Assembly: GCA_017616695.1 (NCBI GenBank)
Contig: JAFZXN010000054.1
Span: 35,849-99,848, forward strand
Reading direction: 5' to 3'
DNA from: Clostridia bacterium
Lineage (GTDB): Bacteria; Bacillota; Clostridia; Christensenellales; Borkfalkiaceae
Length of the DNA: 64,000 nucleotides
Position 1 is the stretch's first letter, and each line of letters begins with the position of its first letter. Positions 44,515-54,860 of the stretch are shown in pieces. Below the pieces are notes generated by a model, which saw only the letters and a program-made list of their open reading frames with translations, was not told the DNA's origin and did no database searches. Both the position numbers and the translations under genes were made by a program.

Positions 44515-45440
44515 CCGAGTATATCGCCTTCAAAGATCTTCCTGCCCGCCAAAAATTCACGCTGATTTTGTTTCGAGCCGCCTTCTAACAAAAGTTCGTT
44601 TATAATTATCGCACCGACGCCGCATTTTACGACGATACCGTTTTTCATATCGGCTCTTACCACCTCGCCGAAAGCACCGTCGTATTCTTCATGCGAAATT
44701 TCGCACGAGAAAATTTTAAGTAATTTTCCGCGTAAATAAGTAAACGCTATCGGCCAAGGATGCATGCCTCTTACAAGGTTGAAAACGACGGCAGCGGGGC
44801 GTGAAAAATCTATTTTCGCGTCTTCCTTTTTTATCATCTTGACGTAAGTCGCGTTTTTTTCGTCCTGCTTTACGGGAACGACAGAGCCGTCTTCTATCTT
44901 TTTAAGAGTTTTCAAAAGAAGCTCCGCGCCGAGTTTGGAAAGCCTTTCAAACAATTCGCCCGCGGTCTCTTTTTCGCCGACGTCGGTCTTTTCGACGGCG
45001 AGTATATCGCCCGTATCAATGCCGGTATCGGTCTGCATAATGGTAACGCCCGCTATCTTATCCCCGTTTATAACGGCGTACTGAACGGGCGACGCACCGC
45101 GGTATTTCGGCAAAAGCGAGCCGTGAACGTTGATTATACCTTTGGGCGCGACGTCGATGACCTCTTTTGATAATATCTGCCCGAAGGCGCAGGTCACCAT
45201 TATATCGGCGTTAAGTTTTTTAAGTTCTTCCACGCCGTCGCGGCTTATTTTTTCAAATTGCAATACTTTCACGCCGTGACTTAATGCCGCGACCTTGACG
45301 GGAGACGGCGTAAGCACGGCTTTTCTTCCGACGGGCCTATCGGGCTGCGTTACTACGGCAACGACTTCGTAACCCGCAGTTATCAGCGCATTTAAAGAAG
45401 GCACGGCAAAATCAGGCGTGCCGAGAAAGACTATTTTCAT
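44511..45440 (-). CDS. fmt: Methionyl-tRNA formyltransferase
   Basis: I prefer the ATG at 45440 (MKIVFLGTPDFAV), which overlaps the def stop as ATGA. HGSLLPKYRGASP motif. Confidence 0.95.
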   Translation of the reverse strand: MKIVFLGTPDFAVPSLNALITAGYEVVAVVTQPDRPVGRKAVLTPSPVKVAALSHGVKVLQFEKISRDGVEELKKLNADIMVTCAFGQILSKEVIDVAPKGIINVHGSLLPKYRGASPVQYAVINGDKIAGVTIMQTDTGIDTGDILAVEKTDVGEKETAGELFERLSKLGAELLLKTLKKIEDGSVVPVKQDEKNATYVKMIKKEDAKIDFSRPAAVVFNLVRGMHPWPIAFTYLRGKLLKIFSCEISHEEYDGAFGEVVRADMKNGIVVKCGVGAIIINELLLEGGSKQNQREFLAGRKIFEGDILG

Positions 45441-45895
45441 TGATCGGACGCCTCTATCGACAAAGCCTTGTCGGTATATAAAATTCCTTCGAGATGGTCG
45501 TACTCGTGGCACACTGCCTTTGCCGCAAAACCGTAAGCGGTAAGTTTGAACGCCTTGCCGTTTCTGTCGAGCGCTTTGACCACGACTTTATTTGGCCTTT
45601 CGACTATGCCTACTTTATGCTGTACGGACAAACAGCCCTCCTTGCCTTTTTGCGATCCGGCTTGCTTGACTATCTGCGGGTTTATAAACTCGAAATAACC
45701 TTCTTCGACGTTAATGACGAACACTCTTTTCAAAACGCCTATCTGAACGGCGGCAAGCCCTGCGCCCTCTGCCTTTTCCACGGTCTCTTTCATATCGTCG
45801 AGAAGAGTTACTATCTCGTCGTCTACTTTTTCCACCGGTTGCGAGATCTCGCGTAACAGCGGATCGCCGACCTGAATGATCTTTCTGTATGCCAT
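45437..45895 (-). CDS. def: Peptide deformylase
   Basis: 152 aa. GLAAVQIG, EGCLS, and HEYDHL motifs. Confidence 0.95.
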   Translation of the reverse strand: MAYRKIIQVGDPLLREISQPVEKVDDEIVTLLDDMKETVEKAEGAGLAAVQIGVLKRVFVINVEEGYFEFINPQIVKQAGSQKGKEGCLSVQHKVGIVERPNKVVVKALDRNGKAFKLTAYGFAAKAVCHEYDHLEGILYTDKALSIEASDQ

Positions 45896-45953
45896 AAACT
45901 TTTCCTCTCGTAATGCATAATGCGTATGTAGCCTACTTAATAAATGCCGTATT

Positions 45954-48152
45954 TCAGCTCAGATTTGCGGGATTTAACTCGACGTAGACGAGCGCTTTGG
46001 AGTTTGAACACGGCAAGCTTAATTCGTAAACTTTGTCGACGATATCGTTCCTCGACGAAGATATCCGCATAAGCACCTGATATCTGAACTTGTTTTTCAG
46101 TCGCTTTATAGGCGAGCGCATCTTATTGAAAAACAAAAACGCCGTCTTGTTGTGAGAATACAGATCGCTGAGTTTCAAATAGACTTCTTTCAAGGTTTCC
46201 ATACCTGAAGTTTCCTCGTCGCTTTCCACCATCACCCTGACGATAACGGCAAACGGCGGAAAAGAAGTCGTTTTTCTCAATGAACTCTCCCGTGCGAAAA
46301 AGCCTTCGTAATCGTAGGAAACGGCGTATCGAAGCACGGGGTTGTCGGGACAAAACGTCTGCAATACCACGACGCCCTTTTTGTCCGCTCTGCCGCTTCT
46401 GCCCGCGACTTGCGTGATGAGCTGAAAAGTCCTTTCGCCGCTTCTATAATCGGAAAAGAATAAGCTCATATCCGCGTCGAGTATGCCGACGAGCGTCACC
46501 GCGGGAAAATCGTGGCCTTTTGCTATCATCTGCGTTCCGACTAAAATATCGGCTTTATGCTCGGAAAACTGCAATAAAATCTTAAAATGGCCTTCTTTGG
46601 TTTGCGTAGTGTCGTTGTCCATACGGAGTATGCGCGCCGAAGGCAAGAGCTTTTTGAGTTCTTCCACGACCTTCTGCGTGCCCGTGCCGACGTAATTGAT
46701 ATGTATACTGCCGCAATCGGGGCAAGCCGTAAGCATCTTATAAGTCGCGCCGCAATAGTGGCATTTCAAAACGTTGCCTACCGAATGATAATTGAGCGCA
46801 ACGTCGCAGTTATCGCACCTTGCGACGTAACCGCACTCGCGGCATATGATGTGTTGAGAATAACCGCGCCTGTTTAAAAATATTATCGCCTGATTGCCGC
46901 TTTTCACGCAATTTTCGAGTTCTTCTGTAAGCGCCGAAGAAAAAGCCGAATTGTTACCGCGCCTTACCTCTTTGCGCATATCGGCGATCATTATTTCCGG
47001 AAGCGGCTTTTTGTTTATCCTGTCGGGCATTTTGACGAGATTGAACTCGCCGTTCGTCGCCGAAATATAAGTTTCCACAGACGGCGTGGCGCTGCCTAAA
47101 ACGAGCTTACAGCCGTTGAATTCCGCTCTGAAACGCGCGATATCGAAAGTGGCGTAACGCGGGCTCGATTCGCTGACGTAACTGCCGTCGTGCTCCTCGT
47201 CGATAACGATAAGACCGAGATTTTCAAGCGGAGCGAAGACGGCGCTTCTTGCCCCGACGGCAATATGGGCTTCGCCCGACCTTAACCGCCACCACTCGTC
47301 GAAACGCTCGCCTGCGGACAAGCAGCTATGTAAAATGGCGACCTCTTCGCCGAACTCGGCGCGAAGCTGCGAAAGCATCTGCGGCGTCAAAGATATCTCG
47401 GGAACGAGCATTATAGCCGATCTGCCGTCGGATATCACGTCTTTTATAAGCTGTAAATAGACCACGGTCTTGCCGCTACCCGTAACGCCGTGTATAAGCG
47501 TGACCGTTTTATCCGTCTGATGGACGGAGTTCAAAGCGTTTACTTGCGCGGGAGAAAAATCAACGTCGTTCTTCTTTGCGAAAACGTTTTTATAAGGCTC
47601 TCTGTTTTCTCTTCTTTCGCTCGTTAAAATATAGCCTTTTTCGATGAGCCTGTTGACGGAACTGTTTGAAAAATCCGCCTTAAGATCGGCGATTTTACAA
47701 GTTTTTACGTCGTAAAGTTTCTTTAAGGCAAGGGCTTGATTATCGGCCCCCGCTCTTATCGACGAAAGCATTTCGTCTAAAGGTATGTCCTCGTTTAAAG
47801 AAACGTAGGTGACGAGCTTTTTCTTGACTTTTCCCTTGCGCATTTCGGTCGGAAGAAAAAGCCGTAAAATGGCGGCGGACGGAATGTGATACTTCGCCTT
47901 CATAAACCGCATTAGCTCTATGCCTTCAAGCGTCACCGCGGGAACGTCGTCGAGAGCACGCAAAACGTTTTTCAGCCTTGCCGCGGGAAAATCGGACTTA
48001 TCTTTTACGTTTATGACAATGCCTTCCGTTTTCGTATTGCCGAAGGGTACGACAACGCGACTGCCCACCGTAACTTCGGGTATGGGGCAGTTGTAATCGA
48101 AAATCTTGTCCACGTCGCTATGCGCGATATCGACTATTACTTCGGCTATCAT
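45954..48152 (-). CDS. priA: Primosomal protein N' (replication restart helicase PriA)
   Basis: 732 aa. GVTGSGKT, DEEHD, and the Cys-rich zinc-binding insert CRECGYVARCDNCD...CHYCG...CPDCGS. Confidence 0.95.
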   Translation of the reverse strand: MIAEVIVDIAHSDVDKIFDYNCPIPEVTVGSRVVVPFGNTKTEGIVINVKDKSDFPAARLKNVLRALDDVPAVTLEGIELMRFMKAKYHIPSAAILRLFLPTEMRKGKVKKKLVTYVSLNEDIPLDEMLSSIRAGADNQALALKKLYDVKTCKIADLKADFSNSSVNRLIEKGYILTSERRENREPYKNVFAKKNDVDFSPAQVNALNSVHQTDKTVTLIHGVTGSGKTVVYLQLIKDVISDGRSAIMLVPEISLTPQMLSQLRAEFGEEVAILHSCLSAGERFDEWWRLRSGEAHIAVGARSAVFAPLENLGLIVIDEEHDGSYVSESSPRYATFDIARFRAEFNGCKLVLGSATPSVETYISATNGEFNLVKMPDRINKKPLPEIMIADMRKEVRRGNNSAFSSALTEELENCVKSGNQAIIFLNRRGYSQHIICRECGYVARCDNCDVALNYHSVGNVLKCHYCGATYKMLTACPDCGSIHINYVGTGTQKVVEELKKLLPSARILRMDNDTTQTKEGHFKILLQFSEHKADILVGTQMIAKGHDFPAVTLVGILDADMSLFFSDYRSGERTFQLITQVAGRSGRADKKGVVVLQTFCPDNPVLRYAVSYDYEGFFARESSLRKTTSFPPFAVIVRVMVESDEETSGMETLKEVYLKLSDLYSHNKTAFLFFNKMRSPIKRLKNKFRYQVLMRISSSRNDIVDKVYELSLPCSNSKALVYVELNPANLS

Positions 48153-48298
48153 AAATAAAAGTCCTTAAACGCAAAATATGTTCATAGCCGTTACGCTATA
48201 AACATATTTCAATATTCGTTAACGGCAAAACCTACCGAACGTTTCGACGAAAAAGCGCTAAATAAGCGCAATTTTGCGTGATATTCAAATCTTGTCGC

Positions 48299-48321
48299 AA
48301 AAAGCTTAAGCGGCGCTTAAG
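48299..48321 (-). terminator. Rho-independent terminator directly after rpoZ
   Basis: Sense strand CTTAAGC-gcc-GCTTAAG followed by CTTTTT, starting 1 nt after the TGA. Confidence 0.65.
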
Positions 48322-48322
48322 A

Positions 48323-48523
48323 TCAGAACTTGGTCGCGATGACCTTTCCGTCGAAAATTTCGTTTGCGGCGATAGTCAAAGGCTTTTCGTTTTCGGGAAA
48401 GTCTTTGCTCTTGTTTTTGCTCGCGGAAATTATCTGGCGCGCACGCTTTGCCGCAACTATGCAAAGAGCGTATTTGGAGCCTACCTTTTCCGCAAGCATA
48501 TCTATTGACGGTTCGTGGATCAT
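48323..48523 (-). CDS. rpoZ: DNA-directed RNA polymerase subunit omega
   Basis: 66 aa. PSIDMLAEKVGSKYALCIVAAKRARQI. Confidence 0.9.
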   Translation of the reverse strand: MIHEPSIDMLAEKVGSKYALCIVAAKRARQIISASKNKSKDFPENEKPLTIAANEIFDGKVIATKF

Positions 48524-48541
48524 ATTTTTATCCTCCGATAA

Positions 48542-49414
48542 TTATTCGATGTTTTGTATCTGCTCTCTTATTTTTTCTATCTCGCATTTAAGCTTCAAAC
48601 CGCTGTCGGTAACTCTTATATCGTTGGCTTTCGAGCAGATGGTGTTCGCCTCGCGATTGAGTTCCTGAACGAGAAAATCAAGTTGTTTACCGCAATTTTC
48701 GTTGTTTATCAACTTGCGGAATTGCGATATGTGGGAATTGAGCCTCGTCAATTCTTCGTCGATATTGCTCTTGTCGGCGAAAAACGCAACTTCCTGTAAA
48801 AGCCTCGTTTCGTCGACCTTTACGCCTTCGAGATACTCTTCGACGCGGGTTTTAAGTTTATCGCGATACGATTCTTTTACGTCGGGCGCAATCCCTGCTA
48901 TTTCGGCAACGACCTTTTCGACTTCGGCTATCCTCGAAGAAAGATCGGCTTTTAATTTTTCGCCTTCGACCTTACGCATTTCGTCAAGATTTTCGAGCGC
49001 AGACTTTAAACAAGCGGACAAAGCGTCCTTATACCTGTCGTCGTCTTCGTCGGCTTCCTGCTTAACGACGTCGGGAAAACGCATCAGCTGATAGACCGAA
49101 AACTCCCTTTCGAGAAGCGGGTACTTTTCGCACAGCGCGCAATACGAATCGTAATAACTTTTGGCGAGCACGTCGTCAAGGACTACGGGTTTTTCCGCGT
49201 CTTCGGACACCTTCATCGAGATCATAAGCTCTATCCTGCCCCGCGAAAGGGAAGACGAGATCATTTTTCTCATAAGGTCGTCGTATTTGTTGAATATCCT
49301 CGGATATTTGGGAACTATATCGAGATATCTGTTATTGACGGTCTTCAATTCGACAGTCAGGCTGACGCCGCCGTTCGAATACTCGGCTTTTCCGTAGCCG
49401 GTCATACTGTGCAT
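48542..49414 (-). CDS. yicC: YicC/YloC family stress-induced protein (putative endoribonuclease)
   Basis: I prefer the ATG at 49414 (MHSMTGYGKAEY), preceded by GGAG with 5-nt spacing. C-terminal DUF1732-type region EELTRLNSH...REANTI. Confidence 0.85.
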   Translation of the reverse strand: MHSMTGYGKAEYSNGGVSLTVELKTVNNRYLDIVPKYPRIFNKYDDLMRKMISSSLSRGRIELMISMKVSEDAEKPVVLDDVLAKSYYDSYCALCEKYPLLEREFSVYQLMRFPDVVKQEADEDDDRYKDALSACLKSALENLDEMRKVEGEKLKADLSSRIAEVEKVVAEIAGIAPDVKESYRDKLKTRVEEYLEGVKVDETRLLQEVAFFADKSNIDEELTRLNSHISQFRKLINNENCGKQLDFLVQELNREANTICSKANDIRVTDSGLKLKCEIEKIREQIQNIE

Positions 49415-49532
49415 AATAACTCCGATTTGCGCTTCAAATTCGATTTTCGTCTGCGATAAGCGCAAAATGATCGCAAAACAATTTACTTCATATTATATAA
49501 TAACACAAGTAAAGCAATTTTTCAACTGTTTT

Positions 49533-51476
49533 TCAGTCGTTTATCAATTGTATAAACGTATTTTCGTCAATTATTCTTATTCCGAGGGCGCGCGCCTTGT
49601 CGAGTTTTGAGCCTGCCTCTTCCCCCGCAAGGACTATCGTCGTCTTTTGGGAAACGGAACTCATGACCTCTCCGCCGAGACTTTCGATGATCTTCTGCGC
49701 CTCGCTACGCTTATAGGTCGGCAAAGTCCCCGTTAAAACGAACTTCTCGCCGCTGAATTTGTCGCCTCTCTTTTCAAAAGCAAATTCGGGGCTTACGCCG
49801 AGGCGCAAAAGCTCGTTAATTTCGTTTATATTGGCTTGATCGGAAAAATACGAAACTATGTTTTCGGTAAGCACTTCGCCTATCTCGTTGACGGTCATAA
49901 GGTCTAAATAAGTAGCGGTCATCAAAGGGTCGAGCGAACGGAATTTTTTGGCAAGGTCTTTTGCCGTCCTTTTCCCAACGCCGTCTATACCGAGCGCATA
50001 AATGAAGGAATCGAGCGGGCGGTGTTTTGACGAGTCCACCGATCTTAAAAAGTTGTCGGCCTTTTTATCCTTGAATCCTTCGAGCTTTAAAAGCTGATCT
50101 TTCGTGAGTTTATATAGGTCGGCGTAGCTCGCCGTGCCGTAAACGTCGAACAAAGCGCCCGCGGTCATCTCCGAAAAGCCTTCGATATTCATGGCGTCTT
50201 TGGACGCGTAATTGGATAATTTCGCTATTACCCGCGGACGACACGTTAAATTCGGGCAGAATAAATTTGCGCCGGTTTCCTTTAATTTTGTACCGCAGTA
50301 AGGGCAAACGTCGGGCTTTTCGACTGTCTTGCTATCGGGAAAAGTTTCCGTCGCGCCGAGTATCTCGGGGATAACTTCGTTACTTCTTCTAACGAGCACC
50401 CGACACGGTACGGACACTTTCTTTTTCAAGATATCGCCGTAGTTGTTGAGCGTGGCTTTTTTAACCGTTGCGCCGCATAGGTCGACGGGTTCCAATATCC
50501 CCAAAGGCGTAAGTTTTCCCGTTCTTCCCACCTGCCACACGACGTTTGTAAGCTTAGTCGTTACTTCTTCGGGGCTGAATTTGAACGCGATAGCCCACCG
50601 CGGGAATTTTTCGGTGCTCCCGAGTTCTTCTCTTACCGAGTAATCGTCGACTTTGACGACGGCGCCGTCGGTCAGAACGTCGAGCGAAAGCCTTTCGGTC
50701 TCTATCTCTTTTATAGCGTCGACGACCTCGTCCACACCTTTGCAGACGCGCATTTTTTCAAACACTTTGAAGCCGTTCTTTCTCAAAAAATCAACGGCTT
50801 GTCGCTGTGAAGTAATGCTGCCGTCTTCGATATAATTGACGTCGTAAAATAAGATTTCGGGGTTTCTTGCGGCGGTCGCTTTCGGATCGAGGTTTCTAAT
50901 AGCGCCCGCGACGGCGTTTCTGGCGTTTTTAAGGACTTCGGTAGCCGTTTCGTTATATTTTTTAAGCACCGAAAGCCTTATGACTGCCTCGCCCTTAACT
51001 TCCAGCTTGCCTTTATACGATATGGCGGAAGGGAAAGTTTTTATCGTTCTCACCTGCGCCGTCACGTCTTCGCCGACCTCGCCGTTACCCCTCGTTGCCG
51101 CGCCCACGAAATAGCCGTTCTCGTAAGTAAGGCATATCGTCAGCCCGTCGAATTTGTATTCGACGGTATAAACGGGCACGCCCGCGCTCGATCGGGATAT
51201 CTTCTCGTCGAAACTTTTCAGTTCCTCTTCGGTCACCGCCTTGTCGAGGCTGTAAAGCCGCTCGATATGTTTGTGCTTGGTGAAACCTTCTATCGGATCG
51301 CCGCCCACGCGTAAAGTAGGTGAGTCGGGCAAAACGACGCCCGAATCGGCCTCCAAAGCCCTCAATTCGTCGTACAACTTGTCGTACTCCCCGTCGGAAA
51401 CGGTCGGATCGTCAAGAACGTAGTATTCGTAGCTCCACCTGTTGAGCGTATCGATAAGATACCTCATTCTGTCCAT
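49533..51476 (-). CDS. ligA: NAD-dependent DNA ligase
   Basis: 647 aa. Adenylation motif EYKFDG, zinc finger CPYCGTKL...CPNLTC, HhH and C-terminal BRCT (FVLTGTL). Confidence 0.95.
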   Translation of the reverse strand: MDRMRYLIDTLNRWSYEYYVLDDPTVSDGEYDKLYDELRALEADSGVVLPDSPTLRVGGDPIEGFTKHKHIERLYSLDKAVTEEELKSFDEKISRSSAGVPVYTVEYKFDGLTICLTYENGYFVGAATRGNGEVGEDVTAQVRTIKTFPSAISYKGKLEVKGEAVIRLSVLKKYNETATEVLKNARNAVAGAIRNLDPKATAARNPEILFYDVNYIEDGSITSQRQAVDFLRKNGFKVFEKMRVCKGVDEVVDAIKEIETERLSLDVLTDGAVVKVDDYSVREELGSTEKFPRWAIAFKFSPEEVTTKLTNVVWQVGRTGKLTPLGILEPVDLCGATVKKATLNNYGDILKKKVSVPCRVLVRRSNEVIPEILGATETFPDSKTVEKPDVCPYCGTKLKETGANLFCPNLTCRPRVIAKLSNYASKDAMNIEGFSEMTAGALFDVYGTASYADLYKLTKDQLLKLEGFKDKKADNFLRSVDSSKHRPLDSFIYALGIDGVGKRTAKDLAKKFRSLDPLMTATYLDLMTVNEIGEVLTENIVSYFSDQANINEINELLRLGVSPEFAFEKRGDKFSGEKFVLTGTLPTYKRSEAQKIIESLGGEVMSSVSQKTTIVLAGEEAGSKLDKARALGIRIIDENTFIQLIND

Positions 51477-51566
51477 AATTATCTCCGAATAAACAACCGA
51501 TCATAAAAACGATAAAATCGCTTTAATATTCGTATATTTTTTATTATCTTAATTTTGCAAACGCCG

Positions 51567-53813
51567 TCAGTCGATAACTTCCATCGGCGCGATCGCAAGC
51601 GAAAAGCTCTTAACTCCTATGCCTTTGAACGCAACGTCCGCAACGGTCGATTGCCCCGAGCCTTTAATCTGAATAATAGTGCCCACGCCGAATTTCGCGT
51701 GTTTAACGCGCTTACCCGGCTTGAATTCGGCATAGTTTTTCACCCCGCCGGTTTTCGGAGCCATGCCGGACGAATAGCTTTTCGCAAAACTCGAAACGCC
51801 GCCGAAATTGACGCGGGACTCAGGAGTCGTGTCCGGCTCGTCGCTATTATACGAGCGGCGGTAAGTCGTATTTTCGTACACGTTTTGCCGCTTTTTCGGC
51901 GCTACGCCGAGCTTGTCCGCAAGTTCGTCGACAAAGCGCGATTGCGAAGTATATTCCCTTGAACCGTATAAATAGCGGCTTCTCGCCCTCGTAAGATGCA
52001 AGCGCTCTTTGGCCCTCGTTATGGCAACGTACATCAACCTGCGCTCTTCTTCAAGCTCTGCGGGGCTTCCCGCGGCACGCGAAATCGGAAAGATCGTTTC
52101 GTCAAGTCCGACGATGAAAACGCATTTGAATTCAAGCCCTTTTACGGCGTGTATCGTGGCAACGGCAACGTAGTCGGAAGAGTCGGCCTCGTCGATATCG
52201 CTCGATAAAGTTACCGACGCAAGGTAATCTTCAAGGGTGGCGTTCTTATTCAGTCGGCAGAATTCTTCGACGGAATTACGGAATTCGTCGATATTCATTC
52301 GCTTTGAAAGGTTTTCCTCGGTGTCTATCTCGAACTGCGACATAAACGACGTTTTCAAAAGCACTTCGTTTATAAGTTCGGGAAGATCCGTCGTGGTGGC
52401 CGAAAGAAGCGTCAATGAGGAAATGCAGGTTCTGAATTCTTTAAGCCTCGACCGAGCCGCCTGCGAAATATCGGGTATTTTCTCCACCTCGCAAAGCGCG
52501 TCGAAAATGGAAAAATCAAGCTGCTTTGCGTAATTTGTCAACGTTTCGATGGTCTTGTCGCCTATACCGCGTTTGGGGGTGTTTATTATCCTTAAAGCAG
52601 CCTCGTCGTCTAACGGGTTTACGAGCAAACGAAGATACGCCGTGATATCCTTTATCTCTTTTCGGTCGAAGAATTTGAAACCGCCGAATACTTTAAAAGG
52701 TATAGCGTACTTAGTGAACTCCTGCTCGAACGAGCGCGATAGCGCGTTTATACGCATCAAAACGGCAAAATCCTTATAGTCGTAGCCGCGTGCAACGAGA
52801 TTTTTTATCTTTGCGCTGACGTACTCGGCCTCGCCCGACTCTTCTTCGCCGATATAGAATTCGACGCGTTCGCCGTCGGGATTGTCCGTCCAAAGGACCT
52901 TGCTGCTTCTAAACGAATTGTTTTTAATGATCGTGTTCGCAAGGTCGAGTATCTTTTTGGTCGAACGGTAATTTTGCTCGAGTTTATAGACTTTTGTATT
53001 CTTAAAATCCTTGTCAAAACCGAGAATATTCTTTATCTCCGCGCCGCGCCAGCCGTAAACCGACTGATCGTCGTCACCGACCACGAAAATATTGCCGTGC
53101 GCGGACGAAAGCATTTTCGCTATGGAATACTGTATGGCGTTAGTGTCCTGAAACTCGTCTATATGTATATATCTGAATTTGTGCGCGTAATAGTCGAGAA
53201 CGTCCTCGTTGTCTTCGAGTAGGTGCAACGTTTTCACGAGCAGATCGTCAAAGTCCATTGCGTTGGACTTTTTAAGCGTCTGTTCGTACACCTCGTAAAT
53301 TTTTACGTATCTGTCGAGACTTTTGACGGAACTTTGACATTCGATAAGATATCTGTTAGGGGAAATATCGTTGTTTTTGGCGTTGGAAATGTGGTATTTT
53401 GCGTCTTTCACGGACAGATCTTCCATTTTAAGATCGGTCATGATACGCTTTAATACGCGTTCTTTATCCACTTCGCTGTAAATGGTAAAGTTTTTATCGT
53501 AACCGTCAAGCTTACCTATCGACGCACGCAAAATACGCACGCACATACTGTGGATAGTCGATATCCACATATCGTACGCGCCGTCGCCAACGAGGTCGAC
53601 AAGCCTTGCGAGCATCTCGTTCGCCGCTTTATTTGTAAAAGTTATTGCGAGAATGGAATTGGGATCGACGCCCTTTTCGTCTATGAGATACGCTATCCTG
53701 CTCGTCAACACCCGCGTTTTGCCGCTGCCCGCGCCCGCAAGGACCAAAACGGGGCCTTCCGTGTCGATAACGGCGGCCTTTTGCGCGGGATTGAGTTTGT
53801 TCAAATAATCCAT
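51567..53813 (-). CDS. pcrA: ATP-dependent DNA helicase PcrA (UvrD family)
   Basis: 748 aa. LNPAQKAAV, AGAGSGKT, DEFQDTN, VGDDDQSVYGWRGA, and VTRAKERL motifs. Confidence 0.95.
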   Translation of the reverse strand: MDYLNKLNPAQKAAVIDTEGPVLVLAGAGSGKTRVLTSRIAYLIDEKGVDPNSILAITFTNKAANEMLARLVDLVGDGAYDMWISTIHSMCVRILRASIGKLDGYDKNFTIYSEVDKERVLKRIMTDLKMEDLSVKDAKYHISNAKNNDISPNRYLIECQSSVKSLDRYVKIYEVYEQTLKKSNAMDFDDLLVKTLHLLEDNEDVLDYYAHKFRYIHIDEFQDTNAIQYSIAKMLSSAHGNIFVVGDDDQSVYGWRGAEIKNILGFDKDFKNTKVYKLEQNYRSTKKILDLANTIIKNNSFRSSKVLWTDNPDGERVEFYIGEEESGEAEYVSAKIKNLVARGYDYKDFAVLMRINALSRSFEQEFTKYAIPFKVFGGFKFFDRKEIKDITAYLRLLVNPLDDEAALRIINTPKRGIGDKTIETLTNYAKQLDFSIFDALCEVEKIPDISQAARSRLKEFRTCISSLTLLSATTTDLPELINEVLLKTSFMSQFEIDTEENLSKRMNIDEFRNSVEEFCRLNKNATLEDYLASVTLSSDIDEADSSDYVAVATIHAVKGLEFKCVFIVGLDETIFPISRAAGSPAELEEERRLMYVAITRAKERLHLTRARSRYLYGSREYTSQSRFVDELADKLGVAPKKRQNVYENTTYRRSYNSDEPDTTPESRVNFGGVSSFAKSYSSGMAPKTGGVKNYAEFKPGKRVKHAKFGVGTIIQIKGSGQSTVADVAFKGIGVKSFSLAIAPMEVID

Positions 53814-53946
53814 AGGATTATTTTATCATAAGTTGTAAAATTCTTCAAGCGCTTAGGCGATGATTTTTCGCTTAAACTCATATTTTTTGAATACGACGCG
53901 TTTACGCCGCCGTTAGCCTCGTTTTTGCGGGAAGAAAAAGGTCCCG

Positions 53947-54339
53947 TCAATTTTTGAAAAGACTTTCGGCGCGATATCTTTCGAGTGCCTCGAGGTATTT
54001 TCCGGACAGTTCGAGTATGTATTTTTGCTTGCGTTCGTACGGCAGTTCGTCGTACTCGGCGTGGTCTATCAAAAGGGATATGATATTGCCGACTTGCCCC
54101 TTTTCGTCGAGTATCTTTTTGACTTTTTCGTAAAACTTTTCGCTTTCGCTTTTCAATTTTTTGGCGGGGACTTCGCTTTTATTCTGATAATAATCTATCA
54201 CCCTGCTTTCAGGTACGCCTTCGGACTTTGCCGCCTCGGACGATCTGTGTACTTCGCTTCCGTATTTTTCCCAAAAGCCCGATTTGAGCCTTCGTTTGGC
54301 CTCTTTTGCGACCGATTTAAGATCTTTTTCGGTTTGCAT
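53947..54339 (-). CDS. Hypothetical 130-aa Lys/Glu-rich protein
   Basis: The track ORF starts at a GTG (54360). The ATG at 54339 has a GAGGTG SD 4 nt upstream. Translation MQTEKDLKSVAKEAKRRLKSGFWEKYG... No family recognised. Confidence 0.55.
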   Translation of the reverse strand: MQTEKDLKSVAKEAKRRLKSGFWEKYGSEVHRSSEAAKSEGVPESRVIDYYQNKSEVPAKKLKSESEKFYEKVKKILDEKGQVGNIISLLIDHAEYDELPYERKQKYILELSGKYLEALERYRAESLFKN

Positions 54340-54469
54340 ACGGCACCTCACATTGTTCACACTGAAATATTCGGATATGAAACGGGCGTTAATTATCGCG
54401 TTTTCAACCGCTATTTACGATAAAAAAACGCCGTTTACGACTTGATTCGACAAATTTCTCATAGGTAAA

Positions 54470-54499
54470 AGAAAATTCCGTTACGAAAAGTAACGGAAT
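54470..54499 (-). terminator. Rho-independent terminator after rpsU
   Basis: Sense strand ATTCCGTTAC-ttttc-GTAACGGAAT followed by TTTTC. Confidence 0.7.
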
Positions 54500-54505
54500 C
54501 AAAAA

Positions 54506-54685
54506 TTACATTTTGGAATTTCTCTTTCTTGCGGCTTCGGCTTTCTTTTTGCGTCTTACCGCGGGTTTTTCATAGAATTCTTTACGACGAAGATCTCCTA
54601 TGATGCCGTCGCGCGAGCATTTTCTCTTAAAGCGGCGGAGAGCGTTGTCCAAAGATTCGTTTTCACCTACTCTGATTGTCGACAT
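54506..54685 (-). CDS. rpsU: 30S ribosomal protein S21
   Basis: [27 protein letters not shown]... The ATG at 54685 is preceded by GGAGGGTG. The track start at 54694 is an upstream GTG. Confidence 0.95.
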   Translation of the reverse strand: MSTIRVGENESLDNALRRFKRKCSRDGIIGDLRRKEFYEKPAVRRKKKAEAARKRNSKM

Positions 54686-54745
54686 TGTTTTCACCCTCCT
54701 TTGCCTGTAGCGGTTATTTCGCCTTGATTCGCAGCGAGCATTAGG

Positions 54746-54774
54746 ATTATACTAAACATTACGGAAATTGTCAA
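54746..54774 (-). promoter_or_regulatory. Consensus sigma-A promoter for rpsU
   Basis: Sense strand TTGACA-17 nt-TATAAT, about 60 nt upstream of the rpsU ATG. Confidence 0.65.
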
Positions 54775-54860
54775 GCAACTTTTGCCGTTTTTATGAAAAA
54801 TTTTACATTATTTTTGCAAAATTTCTCTAAATATACGCAGCTAAAGGATAATATCGCCCG

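Noticed and set aside
53814-53946. Possible LexA box upstream of pcrA/uvrD.
   Set aside because: I found no GAAC-N4-GTT(C/T) match in this interval by eye.
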